A stretch of DNA of 64,000 bases, taken from contig JALDZS010000058.1 in the NCBI GenBank assembly GCA_022813965.1, forward strand, positions 1-64,000, written 5' to 3'. Shown in pieces: positions 1 through 12,911 of the stretch; position 1 is the first letter of the stretch; each line of letters starts with the position of its first letter. Position numbers and translations under genes: made by a program. Origin of the DNA: Toensbergia leucococca. Taxonomy: Eukaryota. The notes beneath the pieces are model-generated. The model was given only the letters and a program-made list of their open reading frames with translations. It had not been told where the DNA came from and made no database searches.

Positions 1-3000
1 TGCGCTGGATCTTCCATGGATTGCATGTAGTACCGAAGAGCTATTTCCACCGTTTGGTTAGTTCTTTCTGATTGGCCGTCAGTCTGTGGGTGGTAGGCAG
101 TGCTATATAAGAGCTTGACCCCCAATCGTTCAAACAGTGCTGTCCAGAATAAACTAAGGAATTTCCGGTCTCGATCGGATACGATAACCAATGGTAGGCC
201 CCATTCTGCTTTCATCAAGGCATTGAGGTAGCTTATTGCCCAGTCTTCAGCAGAATACTTGGATTCTCCAGGGATTAACAGTACTCGTTTGCTGAATTTG
301 CAGGTAGCCGTCATGAGATTATTAAACTTTTCTTCCGACTTTGGAAGGGCAAGGATAAAATCAATAGTAATAGTATGGAATAACTGCGGTAATGCTATGA
401 TTGGTTGCAGCGATCCATAAGGCATATGTCTGCGAGTTTGATAGACCTGGCAGGTAGGGCAATGTCGGAGGTACTCCTTCAAAGACTTATGTAATCCACG
501 GATATACCAGGAACGAGCGATTTTCTCATATAACTTGCCATAGCCCGGATGACCTTGGTTGTCATGGGCGGTTGCAAATATCTCTTTCTCGCAAGTCCAT
601 GGTATAACCAGTCGTCTTTCACCAGTTAGTTTATTAATATGAAAAATTAGGCCGTTGTCTGCCCCCTCGAAAGGAATTTTTGCGGCGCCCACGCCGTGGT
701 TTTTCTTTAGAACTTCCATGACATTTTTCAATTTAGCATCCTTTTTATAGCCTCGTACGATTTTTGCCTTGAAATCCTCATCTATTCCGACGGAGGTGAA
801 GGAATAAACATACAGTGCATCCAGTTCCGAATGGCCCTCATCGGGTTTACCATGGATTTTCGAGTCTAAGCGTGATAGGGCATCTGGCACCATATTTTTC
901 TTACCGGGAATGTGCCGTATGTCCAGGTTAAACCTTTGGAGGTATTCCGATGCACGGATAAGCCGTAGGTTTAGCTTGGCTGTCGATGTGGTATTAGGAC
1001 TCGTCTGAGTAGCAATGCCAACGGTAGATGCATGATCAGTTAAGACGATAGTTCTCTTGGCTGATTCCACCATATGACGAATTTTCTTTACCACCCATAC
1101 TAGACAGGCTATTTCCATTTCAGTAGGCCAGTAGCGAGTTTCAGCAGGGCTGAGGAGGCGACTCAGAAAAAGGATAGGTTCTATTTGACCGAAAGATGGG
1201 TATTTTCCCATTTTTTTATCATTGGATGCATGTCCTGGTTTTCCCGTGGAAGATGTAGCCAGTTCTAGATCTCCTTTTACGTGGAAGACCATGACTCCCA
1301 TTCCTTTCTTAGAAGCATCAGGGTTAATCCACAGATCTCTCGTGTGGTCAAAATGATGCAAGTTGCGGGGCGAAGATAGCATTTTCTGAATTGTTTCAAA
1401 CGATCGGGTTTCTTCAGGTGATGGGTCTTCAACGGAAGTTCCTTTGGAATAGGCCTTTCTAGCATTACCAGCCAGCGGGCTTGGTTTTAGTAGTAAGGTT
1501 TTTCTATCCTGAAGAGGCCGTGCTATTACCGCATACCATGGAATGTAGTTTCTTAAGTAACCTGTCATTCCTAGGTAGGTCTTCAGTTCCTTTAGTGTAT
1601 TTGGGAACTTTAGTTGAGCTATTGCCTCTAGCTTTTCTTTCGCTGTGGATAATCCTAGAGAGTCAACTCGTTGTCCGAGTAGTATTACTGTGGGGTATCC
1701 GATAAATGACTTATTCCCCTTTAAGGAAATACCCATCCGAGTTAGCTTGGTGAAGACCTTTTCCAGATGATCTAGGTGTTTATCAAGGGTCTTAGAGAAT
1801 ATGATAATATCATCTATATAGGCCTTGGCAAATTCACTGAATTCCCGTAGAATTCGATCTATTTGTCTTTGTACATAGGCCGGTGATCCTTTGTAACCCA
1901 TTACCGGTACTCGAAAAGTCTCTTGGCCTCGGTGAGTAACCACGGTAAGTTTGTGGCGATCCTCTGGTTTTACCAGCCACTGGTAAAAGAAGGAGGCACC
2001 ATCTATACTCGTAATGTATTTACAGTCCCTTGTTAGGGCTATGACATCGGACTGTAGCGGAAGTGGGTATGCGTCTGGCTGGGTAACTTGGTTTAGCCCT
2101 TGAATATCCACAACAGCTCTTCCTTTTCGTGTTCCATCTGAATTTGTTTTCCAAACTACGAACACTGAAAAGCTAAAAGGAGTACTTTGGTTGGTCCATT
2201 GTAGCCTTTTTTGTTCATGTAGTTGATCGAACGTCTGATCTACTACTTCCTTGTCTTTGGTGCCTAAAGGATAAACCTTGGCTTTTCCTTTGATGGATTT
2301 TTCCCGATCTTCCTTTAGCGGGATGGTCATCCATTCGTCTGGAGGAACCTTGGCAAATCCGCCTTCTTCCCATAAGGGGGTGTGCCGATTTACTACTTCC
2401 AGCAGGCGTTCCCTAGTGGCTGAATCACCGTATATTCTGACTTTATTTGGCATGCTATGTTCCATATCTGGTGGAATAGCTATGGATTCTTCAGACCAAT
2501 TATCATTTAACTTATCAACGTTAGGAAGTGCAAGTTCGGACGTTGAGTTCGTGTTTAGCGGAATATTAGGTGGATTCATTTCAGTAGTTCCGGTAGGGTT
2601 TGCTATTGGATTTACCACATACGCTGCGGCAGCGGCGGCGGCGAACAAGTATTTTCCCCAATGGGTCCTATGGTGTTCCCGTGGCTTTCTTGCGGCTAAA
2701 TCCCATATGTCTTCATGATGTACCACGTCGTCAACTGCGTAGCAATTTTCGTGGTCCATTTCGGTGACAAACCCTAGCTGGGCATTCCTTGGAATTATCA
2801 CGCCTGTCTGTAGCTCATTGGAGGCTATTATTGAAGTGGTAGCCGCGTCAACTATGTGCGTGTACAGAGTAGCCATAGATTCTCCAGGTTCGAAGATGAA
2901 GTCTCGATCCATTGGTAGATCTAGGTGACCGACATCTATGCTGGCGCGTCCACTTGGTGGTATGTACACTTCGGCTTTTGCGTGGATGCCCCGTCTAGTG

Positions 3001-3416
3001 TATGAGCCTCTAGGCGTTATCTCAATTGGGACGTCGACGTTGCATGCCCCAAAATAAGCTGTTTTACTGGATAGCATTAGGTCAATCTTTTCCCGACCTA
3101 ATATGTCCATGGCGATTAGCATTTTGGCTCGCAAGTTATCGACAACGTATGCTTTGCGAGTGACCAGGGCAATCCATGGTTTATCCTTTCGTTTGCCTAG
3201 GAAGCGCATTTCCAGATTGATATATTCTCCAGTCTGATGCTGGTCAGGGCCTATTCCGCGGAATTTCGCTGGTTTATCCATTTGATTAATTGGAATAGTA
3301 GAATTTTGGCGGCGGAGAAATTCTCGGTCAATTAGTGTTATAGATGCACCTGTATCTAGACATACTGGCTCTGGCGTGGATGTTTCAGATAGGCTGACCA
3401 GAGTTGTGACGAGCAT
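1..3416 (-). CDS. Retrotransposon Pol (protease, RT, RNase H, start of integrase), partial
   Basis: Hand translation is open through protease, RT and RNase H; the ORF track has no entry, consistent with no stop before the window edge. Motifs VCLDTGAS (~3342-3365), AYIDDII (~1803-1823), DASKKGMG, ETRYWPTEMEIA, GKKNMVPDALSR. Confidence 0.9.
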   Translation of the reverse strand, partial: MLVTTLVSLSETSTPEPVCLDTGASITLIDREFLRRQNSTIPINQMDKPAKFRGIGPDQHQTGEYINLEMRFLGKRKDKPWIALVTRKAYVVDNLRAKMLIAMDILGREKIDLMLSSKTAYFGACNVDVPIEITPRGSYTRRGIHAKAEVYIPPSGRASIDVGHLDLPMDRDFIFEPGESMATLYTHIVDAATTSIIASNELQTGVIIPRNAQLGFVTEMDHENCYAVDDVVHHEDIWDLAARKPREHHRTHWGKYLFAAAAAAAYVVNPIANPTGTTEMNPPNIPLNTNSTSELALPNVDKLNDNWSEESIAIPPDMEHSMPNKVRIYGDSATRERLLEVVNRHTPLWEEGGFAKVPPDEWMTIPLKEDREKSIKGKAKVYPLGTKDKEVVDQTFDQLHEQKRLQWTNQSTPFSFSVFVVWKTNSDGTRKGRAVVDIQGLNQVTQPDAYPLPLQSDVIALTRDCKYITSIDGASFFYQWLVKPEDRHKLTVVTHRGQETFRVPVMGYKGSPAYVQRQIDRILREFSEFAKAYIDDIIIFSKTLDKHLDHLEKVFTKLTRMGISLKGNKSFIGYPTVILLGQRVDSLGLSTAKEKLEAIAQLKFPNTLKELKTYLGMTGYLRNYIPWYAVIARPLQDRKTLLLKPSPLAGNARKAYSKGTSVEDPSPEETRSFETIQKMLSSPRNLHHFDHTRDLWINPDASKKGMGVMVFHVKGDLELATSSTGKPGHASNDKKMGKYPSFGQIEPILFLSRLLSPAETRYWPTEMEIACLVWVVKKIRHMVESAKRTIVLTDHASTVGIATQTSPNTTSTAKLNLRLIRASEYLQRFNLDIRHIPGKKNMVPDALSRLDSKIHGKPDEGHSELDALYVYSFTSVGIDEDFKAKIVRGYKKDAKLKNVMEVLKKNHGVGAAKIPFEGADNGLIFHINKLTGERRLVIPWTCEKEIFATAHDNQGHPGYGKLYEKIARSWYIRGLHKSLKEYLRHCPTCQVYQTRRHMPYGSLQPIIALPQLFHTITIDFILALPKSEEKFNNLMTATCKFSKRVLLIPGESKYSAEDWAISYLNALMKAEWGLPLVIVSDRDRKFLSLFWTALFERLGVKLLYSTAYHPQTDGQSERTNQTVEIALRYYMQSMEDPA

Positions 3417-3417
3417 G

Positions 3418-3762
3418 AGGGCAGAGCACTCAAAGGCTAAAGTGACCAAACCGGGGGACGCTAAGTTGGAACCCATGCCGCCAAAACAACCAGTGGTAGC
3501 AGTGCCAGTTACAGCCCCATTGAATGACTTATCAAAGGAAATTCCAATAGCAAAATCTACCGCCGTTGACGATGTTAAAAGTTCGGAGGCCTTCCGTTAT
3601 CTTAACATCGTCAACGGCGGTAGATTTTGCTATTGGAATTTCCTTTGATAAGTCATTCAATGGGGCTGTAACTGGCACTGCTACCACTGGTTGTTTTGGC
3701 GGCATGGGTTCCAACTTAGCGTCCCCCGGTTTGGTCACTTTAGCCTTTGAGTGCTCTGCCCT
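3418..3762. repeat. Perfect 161-bp inverted repeat with 23-bp loop
   Basis: 3418-3578 is the reverse complement of 3602-3762; the same peptide appears in ORFs on both strands. Confidence 0.95.
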
Positions 3763-5760
3763 GATGTGCTTGTGCATGAGGTTTTTTGATGGAAATTCCA
3801 GTCCACATGTCTTGCATATTACCTTCGGCGTTGAGACAAAATTCGCATCATCCATGGTAGATCCGTCGCTATCGTCGTTATATTGACGTGGCTGGTAGTG
3901 CACAACTGCATTTGCCCAGTAATTACCTGGATCTTCCTCAGGCTGTATGTCATCCTCACTACTCTCGTCGGTAGTTTCTTCGAGGTCATTAACATCGGTA
4001 TCTACCTGATACGCTGACTGCCTTTTGGAGGGACGCCTGTCATCCTTCTTAAAGGAGGCACTTTTCTTGGGTTTTCCTTGGAACTTCGAGTCCTTACTAC
4101 TATCCTTTATTTGCAGGGGACGGCGATCTGAGCTGATAGACTTTGGAGGTTGTTCCTTGTTAGGATTTTGGTAAGACGAGGTATGTGAATTACCTTGGTT
4201 TTGATAGGTTGAGTTATTACTATAACCTCTATTGTTTCCTTGATAATAGCCGCGATCATATGACTGATATGCTTGCGGCGGTGCCGGTGCGTAGTACGGT
4301 GAAGCCGGCGGATTAGCTGGATAGGCCGACGTGGTTCTGGCCTTCCTTATGTTACGCTCCTTTTCGCGTGGCTTGGTACCGATGGTATAACCACGGCTTT
4401 TTGACCCGGCCATTTCTGCCCATATATTTTCCTTGGCATCTAGTTGTGCCATGAATACGGCCATGGTGGTGGCAGGGATCGGTTCTGGTATATCTCGCCG
4501 ATATTCCAGGGTTAGACCGTTCCATGCATACGTCAGCTGATGGTAAGTTGAGTCAAACTCTGCTGCTCTAGCATGGCGGAGAACGTCTTGAATGTAGGCC
4601 CTTGGGGTCCTACCCGATCGTGCGTTTTCCATGGAATAACGCTCGGAGGTAAGTAGTTGCAGCGCCTGTGGCGTGCGTATCTTAAATCTTTGGATGAGTT
4701 GGAGGTAATACCGTTCTAGTTTGACATCCCGCAGGAATTCCTTTTCCATTGTGGTGAGTTCTGAGGTGTACCACCTAGTTGCCGCCCCTCGGAAGGTCTG
4801 TGGTATTACCATCCTCAGCTTTTCTTCTCCTCGTACCTTTTCAAGGTCTCGGAGGCGATCAATGTAGACATAGACATCTTTGTAGAAGGTATGTTTCCCA
4901 GAGGTGGACATTCCGTCGGTATCTGCACGGTCAGGTTCAAAGAATCCTACCTCCTCGGCGGTCCATTCCTTGGGCTCTCGGGGCTCGCGGTCTCGAGGTT
5001 CTCATTCCGCTGGATTTTCCGCGGGTCTTCCTTGGTGTACTTGTACCGCATTGATGGCTGTTATGAACCAATTTCTCATTTCATTTAGTTGATCCGGGGG
5101 GATACTACTAAATGGTTGGGTCCGTGGTATTTCCTCCGTTGGCTCACGGGGGTTATTTCGATACTGAAAAGGATCCCTTTCCGTTCGTGGTTCGGCAGGG
5201 GTGCCGGAAGAAGGTTGCTCTCGCTGTTCGGCCATGGCTTTTGCACGTGCTGCGTCTTCTGCTTTTCCACGGTCCACTATTCGTTGGAGGGCAGGTGTGT
5301 TCAAGTTATCGATATCTTCCTCAAGGTCCTCAAAGTCGTTGTTTGATCCTGACGGTAGTTCTGTGGCTAATCCAGATGTAGATGAGTCAGCTGGCTTTGA
5401 ACTAATCTCTGCGACCTTAGTAAGGTATTCGTCGGATCGGCGATAAGATTCTGTGAGTCTTTCAAACTTGACACAGGTCCTTATGAATTTTTGTCGATTT
5501 TCAGCCCACTCAACAGGGTACGGGGGTTCTGGAGGACCTATGGATCTACTACGAGTAGTAGACTCAGGTCTCTTGGACTGAGACCGTGTTGTAGGTGGTC
5601 GGGCGTAGTATCGTTCGACGATGCCTAGGACGTATAGAACTTCCGTAGATACTCCGCTGTTGGAAGTGGCTTTGATGAACTTGATTAAGGGCCAGGCTTG
5701 AGCTTGATATTCAGGTGGAAGGACCGGAGTTACTGCGGAAGATCCGGACGCTGAAGCCAT
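3532..5760 (-). pseudogene. Gag-like ORF with one in-frame TGA at 5002-5004
   Basis: ORFs 5002-5760 and 3532-4911 share a frame and read through PAE*EPRD...EEVGFFEPD. C2H2-like finger CKTCGLEFPSKNLMHKHIRAEH. The C-terminus is truncated by the fold-back arm. Confidence 0.85.
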
Positions 5761-5925
5761 AGACTGAACTTTAGGAGGATGAATGAATTCGGTGGGTGAG
5801 GACGTAGTTCTTTGGTGGGTAGAAATACCCTGGATACTCCTACTCAGTCAGTGGTGAGTTGGATGGTAGTGTACTCAGTCAATGGTGAGTAACTTATATA
5901 GCAACTGATAACTGTTGCTACCATT

Positions 5926-6097
5926 TGTTAGGGTCTCTTTTGAGATTCCGAATTCTGGGTGTAATTAGATGATGCTTTGCTATCTAGGTGCGGAGCTACT
6001 AGATATACCGTGGCTATGCCAAGCCACTTAGGGTTCTTGGCTCGCCTATCCTCGCCTAATCACTCCTAGCCCTAAGGAAGAAAGAAACACCGTAACA
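5926..6097 (-). repeat. 5' LTR (172 bp) with adjacent primer-binding site
   Basis: TGTTA...TAACA termini. Minus-strand TGGTAGCAACAG immediately internal (~5912-5923) complements a tRNA 3' end GCUACCA (initiator-Met-like). Confidence 0.85.
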
Positions 6098-6099
6098 GA

Positions 6100-7273
6100 A
6101 AGATAAGAAAGAATAATTGATAAATAAAGTTCTGAACTCTTATTATACTGAAGTTAACTGACACTTACAGTATAGAGTTAAGTGATATAATTACTCTTAG
6201 AGTAATATCTAATATTATATTAATAATCAGAAGTTTAAGTACTCTTAGAAGGTAGTAAACACATTTTACACTCAATACTCTAATAAGTTAAGACTGTATT
6301 TAAAATGCAGTTAAGTACTATTAAGCACTTAATTAAGATCTTATTCAGCAGTAATTTAAAGTTTAATTAAGAATTAGATAAAAATGCAGTTTAGAGATCT
6401 TTATTAAAAGCTTTATCAGAGATCTTCTAAGAATTAGTTTAGTGCTTAATTATCTGTTTATTAAGATTTTCTCTTAGAATCAGTTAAGGTCTAACTAAAA
6501 ATGCCTCTGAATGATTTCATTCTCTCAATCATTAAATACTCTTTAGTACAGTTCTTAACAGTGACATTTTAAAAAAATTTAAATCTCTGCAATAATCTTT
6601 ATTACTTATTTACTTACTAAGTATCTGTTTATCTGCTGAGTGCACACATAGCTTTACTTATAAGAAAAAAATTTATAAGACATATTTTTAAATGCACACA
6701 TCAATTCTGTCTTATATACTCAGAGGTTTTCACAGAATAAATAAGTTAAGTAAAATTGTGCTTTACTTTGTTTTTTAACTTAAATTTTATAACTTCAATT
6801 TTTTTTCACTTCTTTTTAGTAATAAAAGCGTTGCTTTATTAAGAGAGAGAGTAATGTTACAGTTTCTGCTAGCTTCTCTCACAAACCTGCTAGTGTCAGA
6901 ATAACACTGAAGTTAGTAAAATAACACAGACATTAGTACTTAATATTTATATTGTATATTATCTAAGAACAGCATTATAACTACTTATTGAGTGTTTATC
7001 TTCTATACTTTTACTTCTCACTTTTAGTCTTTTATTTAATTACATCTCTATAACTTATCTCTAAGTTGACTTCTAACAGATAATTAAGTTTTAAATACTA
7101 AGTTTTATTTAGTACATAGATATATATCTTAGAAATAATAGTATAGTCTTAGTCTTTTTAATAGTAATTTAAATACTAATAAATATAGTATCTTTTTAAA
7201 TATAGTTTATAGAATAAACAACTTTATATAGTAACTGTAGAGTTGTTAAGACAGTAATAATAATAATAATGAC

Positions 7274-7304
<31 letters not shown>

Positions 7305-7500
7305 TTATCATCTTTGTTATCTTTATCTTATAATCTTACTTAAAAACATTAATATTAAACATTTATCATTGATTATATGTTATTTTATAGTTTTATATAA
7401 TTTGTAACAAATAACTAACTAAATATAAAGCACTATTTCTATTATAAAATATGTCCTTATAGACTTATTTAGTCAGAGTAGCAATACTGAAATAGATTTT
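6100..7500. mobile_element. AT-rich RIP-degraded repeat relic
   Basis: Very low GC, TpA-rich, no ORFs; family not identifiable. Confidence 0.6.
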
Positions 7501-7916
7501 TTACAGCTCACCTTATGCAAGTTAATCAATAAGCGGTGACATTGAGGGTGTTAATAACTTCTGATTAAATTATTGGTAGGCTCCTGCTATTTTTGACACT
7601 CCACCTTAGCTGATTAGGCAATTATGAGGCATAAGAATTTGTATAAGGCGTCGGAGACTTGCCTTTTCCCCTCTATGTACGCCGAAAAGAGTCTCGTAGG
7701 AACATGAGCAAAAAGGAAGTATTGGGCCAGCCGCCCCTACCAAGTCACCTTAAGAAGCCCTGTCCATCTGAGACACTATCAATTTGTGTAGAATGGAGAC
7801 TCGAGCTCTACATCTCTTTGCTCTTCACTTGCTTCAATTCCAACTTCCTTCTTATCGAGTTAAAGAATCGATAACCGTAACGTCAACCAAGCCGCCTATG
7901 GTCCAAGCACTTCACT

Positions 7917-8214
7917 ATGCGATTCGTTATCACTTTCAGTGCCTTGGTAGGACTGCTCCTCGCAGCCTTTGCTGTTGCGTCTCCGAACCCAGACGTTGAA
8001 ATCGGGTTGAATGTGCTAGTAAGTGATTTTGCTTTCATTTGTCCATTCGATGTGAGTTGTTATACTGACCTAGCGAAGCCACCTCCAGGTAAGTCAGCAT
8101 AAATCGTCCATGACCGTCTTAATCGGCACTTAACTTACTTACGACCTGGCAGAGCGTACCCAAGATAGCGACTGCAGAAATTGCAAAGAATGCCTTCATG
8201 AGACTGCTTCCTAG
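7917..8214 (+). CDS. Putative small secreted protein, 3 exons, ~58 aa
   Basis: Signal-peptide-like MRFVITFSALVGLLLAAFAVASP; GTAAGT donors at 8019 and 8089. One splice model ends DSDCRNCKECLHETAS*. Confidence 0.5.
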
Positions 8215-9558
8215 TATTCTGTCAACTGGCTAGTAGGCAGCGATAGTCGGAAATACACAGGAGAAGATTTCGCGGTAAACACAGGCATTCATCGTTACCG
8301 CCTCTACGAAAAACCCCAGCCAAGAATCTATCAATAGGGTCTCAATTTTTTGAATGTTGGAACTGGGTTTGAACGCACATTCGCTCTAGAGGATCAAACG
8401 GGGGACGAATATTCATTCACTGTTTTCAGGGACGGCGACCATACTATGGACTATGACTCTGTCGCGCCAAAGATCAGGAGAGTTGAGGACTCAAATTCAT
8501 AGCTGGTTTGTGTCCTGGCAAGTTGTTCCTTTCAAAGGGATCACCTACCCAGGATGCCAACGCACAATAGTGATCTTCAAGTCATCTTTGCTCTCTCTCA
8601 ACTTGCCCCTAATCAGACGCCTTCCCTCTCTTCCCCGGATCGTGCAAATCGCTCCCCTGACAGATTGCCCTCTTGCATCGTTTTATCCATTCTAGAATCA
8701 AGAAATATGTTCACAGCCTCGGTTGGTCTCGGCATCATCACTCGGATCTTCGAAGCTGCGTCACTGCTCTTGATGGATTTTCAATCCTTGCTGATCCGGA
8801 CCGCTTGCTGATGAGTTTCTCTCCTTCGGGCCTTCTTTATGTTCGGATTTACTCAAGGCTTGAGAAGACTCCTGATCACGAGGATGCTCTGCTTCTTTCC
8901 GCATCTGCTTTCGCCGCTTCTGATTGGCGTTTCGCTGCTCCTCGCGTCCTCTCTTGATCTCCTCCTCGTCTAGCTCTGGTGGGAGACATTAGCATAGTCG
9001 TGTAACCCATAGTAAGCGTAGCTGACCTTTTCGTTTTGGAACGTAATGTGACATTCCGCTTGTCACAAGTCTAATACTCTGGTATTGTAGATGAAGAGAT
9101 AGCCTGTGGCATTTCTTGCAGAGTGGAGGAATCGTTCACAGCCTTAATCTGTTGCCACGGCTTGTGCATACTTAGCCCGGCATTGCGCGACTTAAGTAAA
9201 TTAGATCCACCGTGAGGGGACCACCCGCTAGAAGTGCAGCGAGTGAGAGCTAAGTAGATGTATTTTTCTCAACTGCCTCCCGGAGGGGCTGTGTTTTATT
9301 AGAGCACTATCACCTTAAACCCAAAACAGCCTTTTTCTACCTCACGTGATTGCACCATAGGCGAGGTCCGTCTGAAAACACCTCACTGTAAATGCATCTC
9401 GCTTCGCTCGCTGCAATTACGAGTATACATACGGATAAGTAAATGATAGATACGGCGGGGTAAAGGCGCTTTTATTTAGCCCTCAGCAAAGCAAAATCCC
9501 CAATTTCTCCAATCAAAGGGACCAGGATTGGTTCACTTTACTCCTTCAAGAGAACAAC

Positions 9559-10623
9559 ATGGCTGCAGAGCAGAAGCGTGGTTACCAACAGCTGGCCGAC
9601 TTGATGTCATGGGACAGTAATCTTGCAATCCTCCCTCGCTTTAGCTCAGCAAACATGCTGTGTCTACTACACAGGCAAGCGGAGATATCAGAGCTAGAGG
9701 AGCGTCTAGAAGACCTTGGATATGTCAACAACAAATCCGCAGACGAGAACCGAAGACGGCTGTGTAACGATTGGTCGGTTCTGAAAGAATTAGGGAACGA
9801 AAGCCCAGAGAAGAAGCTTCTCTATGAACTGAGGACCAAGCTGGCCGAGTACAGTAAGTGGAAGCTTTGTGTATTACTCTATTGAACCCTTGTTTCCTCC
9901 ACGACTAGGCAGAGTACATAAATGAGACTGAAGCTACTAGATCAAGCTATCTCTGATCAGATTTCGCTAGCCGCTCAACCATCTCCAAATCGCTCCGATA
10001 TGTCCTACCTTCAACACTGGCTTCAACATCCCCAAGGAGGGGCAAACGCTCTTCGGGGTCCTGGCTCTATGACTTGGTCCCCTGTCGAAGATGGTGGGAG
10101 CCGCCTCGACGATTTCATTGATCTCTCACCAATACGGAATGTAGAGAGGACGGTCACCCAATGGGTGCTCGATCTGCTTTGGCCAATGATTCGGCACCTC
10201 CCAAAAGGCGTTATGCCGGTAAGATGCTGTGATAATGATTTCCCTCTATTTTCTGATATTTATCATGGCCGATTAAGAGGCGCTGAGGGTACTGCGGCAT
10301 TATAGGCACGCGAGTTCGGACCCAAGGATGAATCTGGGAAAAGCATTTTTAGTTCCATGGGAAACAACAGAGTATTCCGCTCCATAGCCGACCAGATCTC
10401 CAGCTTCGTCGCTACGACTCTCATGCTTATACCCGTCATCACGCTTCATTTCGTGAACAGCGCTGACTCCAGACTGATCATTATCATTGTCTTCTCGTTG
10501 GCTTTTCAAGGTCTAATGGTACTTGCCACAGAAGCCAAAAGATCAGAAGTCTTTGCCGCGACTGCAGCATTTGTAGCAATTCAAGTTGTATATGTGGGGA
10601 GCGCTTCGGGATCCAGCCAATGA
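9559..10623 (+). CDS. DUF6594-family membrane protein, 3 exons
   Basis: GYQQLADLM...RFSSANMLCLLHRQAEISELE and C-terminal TM helices ending KRSEVFAATAAFVAIQVVYVGS. Introns ~9854-9940 and ~10219-10305. Confidence 0.85.
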
Positions 10624-10999
10624 TGGAGGCGAGTCTAGATTTCAGATCAAGATCATATGCAGTACTGAAAGTTTGAATGCATCAATATTGACGGAGTTAT
10701 AAGCTTCATTGACCTGGGAAAGTGCGCTTCGTCTGTATAGCATATACTCCGATTGCCGTCAAAAGAAAAGGCCGGAAGAGACATATCTCCCTGGTAAAGC
10801 AAGAGCAGTGTGTGTGGTAGCATAGTACAGATGCACAACGTGAAGAGAGAGCAGCCATTCAAGATTTACGGACTTAGCCCAATTCCATCATGAAGAAGAA
10901 GATTCTAATCAGTCCCAAGGGCAAGCCTTTGTCCTGACGTTTGTTGAGTTCTAAAATAGAAAATCTATCTATGATTTCAGCCATTTATCGCAGAAGTGA

Positions 11000-11900
11000 G
11001 AATTCTAATAGCTTTCTTTTTCAATAATCTTTAAATTGACTTGTAATTTTATAAGTCTTAGATTTTAAGGTGAGTATTGTAAAAGAGTAGTTGAGTAAAT
11101 AAATGTATAACTTTACAAGAAATTTAATCTAAAAGTCTAAGCATAAACTGAGTATACTATTATTAAATAAAAAAAATCTTTAAAGAGTCTTCTTAATACT
11201 GTCACTACATAGTCACTATGCTTGTTATAAAAGACTGTCTTTATCATAGTCACATAGTTAATATTCTAAGATAATAGATTAACATTATTATGTTTAGTAT
11301 TATTTACATTCTATCTTGATGCAATATAATAAACTCACATATAAATAATTTATTGTATTTATTATTTATTTATTTTATGTTTATAACTACATAGAGAAAA
11401 TATGTTAAATTACTATATTATCTTTATTACTTACTTTATTACTTGCTTTGTTTTTTACTTAACTTTTTACTTATTGCAAATTCTTCTATTTACTATATTT
11501 AATTCTTACACTTGTGAGTTAAATACATTGAGAAATTATAAAAATTAAATATATAAGTTATATACTATCTTTTTTTTATTTAATTTTTTACTTAATTTCT
11601 TAGATATAAATTTATAAATAGTATTGAGATGATGCAATAAATTCTTTTTTTTCTAAGAAGTAAGAATATGTTAAATAAGTTAAATAAGTAAAACAATAGT
11701 TTTATTAGATAATTACAGTAGTAAAACTAATTACTAATAAAGTAAAATAAGACTAAAGAGTATTTTTCTCTGTAGATAAATTATATATATAGATAACAAT
11801 ATGATATTAAATTATTTATTATTATTTGTATTACTTGTATCTTAATATAATGTTCTGTGTAAAGCTAACTGACAAGTGTATACTCACTTTTCATTGAATA
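11000..11900. mobile_element. AT-rich RIP-degraded repeat relic
   Basis: Abrupt very AT-rich, TpA-rich block with no ORFs. Confidence 0.55.
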
Positions 11901-12911
11901 AAGCGCTAGGCAGCATTAGGCTACACGTAGACGAGGGCTTAAATGTTTCTTCTAACGTCCCTCGGTCACACAAGAAAAACCAAATACTAAAATAAGCAAA
12001 TGATTAAATCACTCTGAAGCTAATGTAACATCAGCTCCGTCTACGCTGATGAGATTGACTGAACGCAGCAAGGGCTGGAATATCAGAGATGATCAATTCG
12101 GAGGCGGACATAGAGGGGAAAAGGCTGTGCACCTATCACAACCCTCCAACATCCCATGCCTCACATGCGACGGGCCGTGGTTCCGTCTACATTAACTTGA
12201 ATGATACACTGCAGCAAGCTAGTGCATGGAGTCTGAGTAATATTGTCAGTCCAACCGGAATCTGGCCCTGCCAAGTTTATGACATGGTGTGGGCCATTTG
12301 TAATTTATGGGCGATGTCAATCTTATCTCACATGGTTGGAATGCGTCGATGAAGAGACGGCACACTAAGTCCTTGATCTGTTCTACTGTAAGTCGCGATC
12401 ACCCCCGGATGAAAACGCCGCCCATCCATTGTTCCGCAGGAGCACACAGCTACCACGCCACCACGGCACGGTACTTCAGTGGAGCACAAGTATGATAGAA
12501 CTGGGATCATCTCACTTCTATGCCATACACGTTGATGGACCGGTTCTTGATGTCAAGCATCTGCTTAAATCAGGCGCAGCCGTTTTCTTATCTGCTTTCC
12601 ACCATATGGGAAATTTACAACTACGGCCCCTAATACGTTGATGAAAGCTTCAACAAGTCAACAACGTCTAGCTGATAGTAGCGTGACTCTTTCCCGCAGT
12701 TTCCAAATGAAGAGCCTGATGCTTTGCACATGAGGTGTCGGACTTGCTAACTCTGCATGTCTGCAAACAAGGCCATCAATAGCTTTTCCTGCGCCGCACT
12801 TTCAAGACAAGAGGTCTACTACTTCATTGGCCTGTGCGTCATATATACCTCTCCTACATTTCAAAACTTCCCATATTATTGATTCCGCTTTGTTACTCGC
12901 AGGTTCCCGCC

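Larger units (their letters stand above)
1..6097 (-). mobile_element. Ty3/Gypsy LTR retrotransposon, 3' part beyond window start
   Basis: Minus-strand order LTR, PBS, gag, protease (CLDTGAS), RT (YIDD), RNase H, integrase. The RT-RH-INT order is Gypsy-type. Confidence 0.95.

Noticed and set aside
3376..3648. Plus-strand 90-aa ORF repeating a gag peptide
   Set aside because: By-product of the inverted duplication.
7255..7308. (AAT)n/(ATT)n hairpin
   Set aside because: Low-complexity microsatellite inside a RIP relic.
8760..8975. Minus-strand charged exon-like stretch (ELDEEEIKRGREEQ...)
   Set aside because: No start exon or recognisable family.
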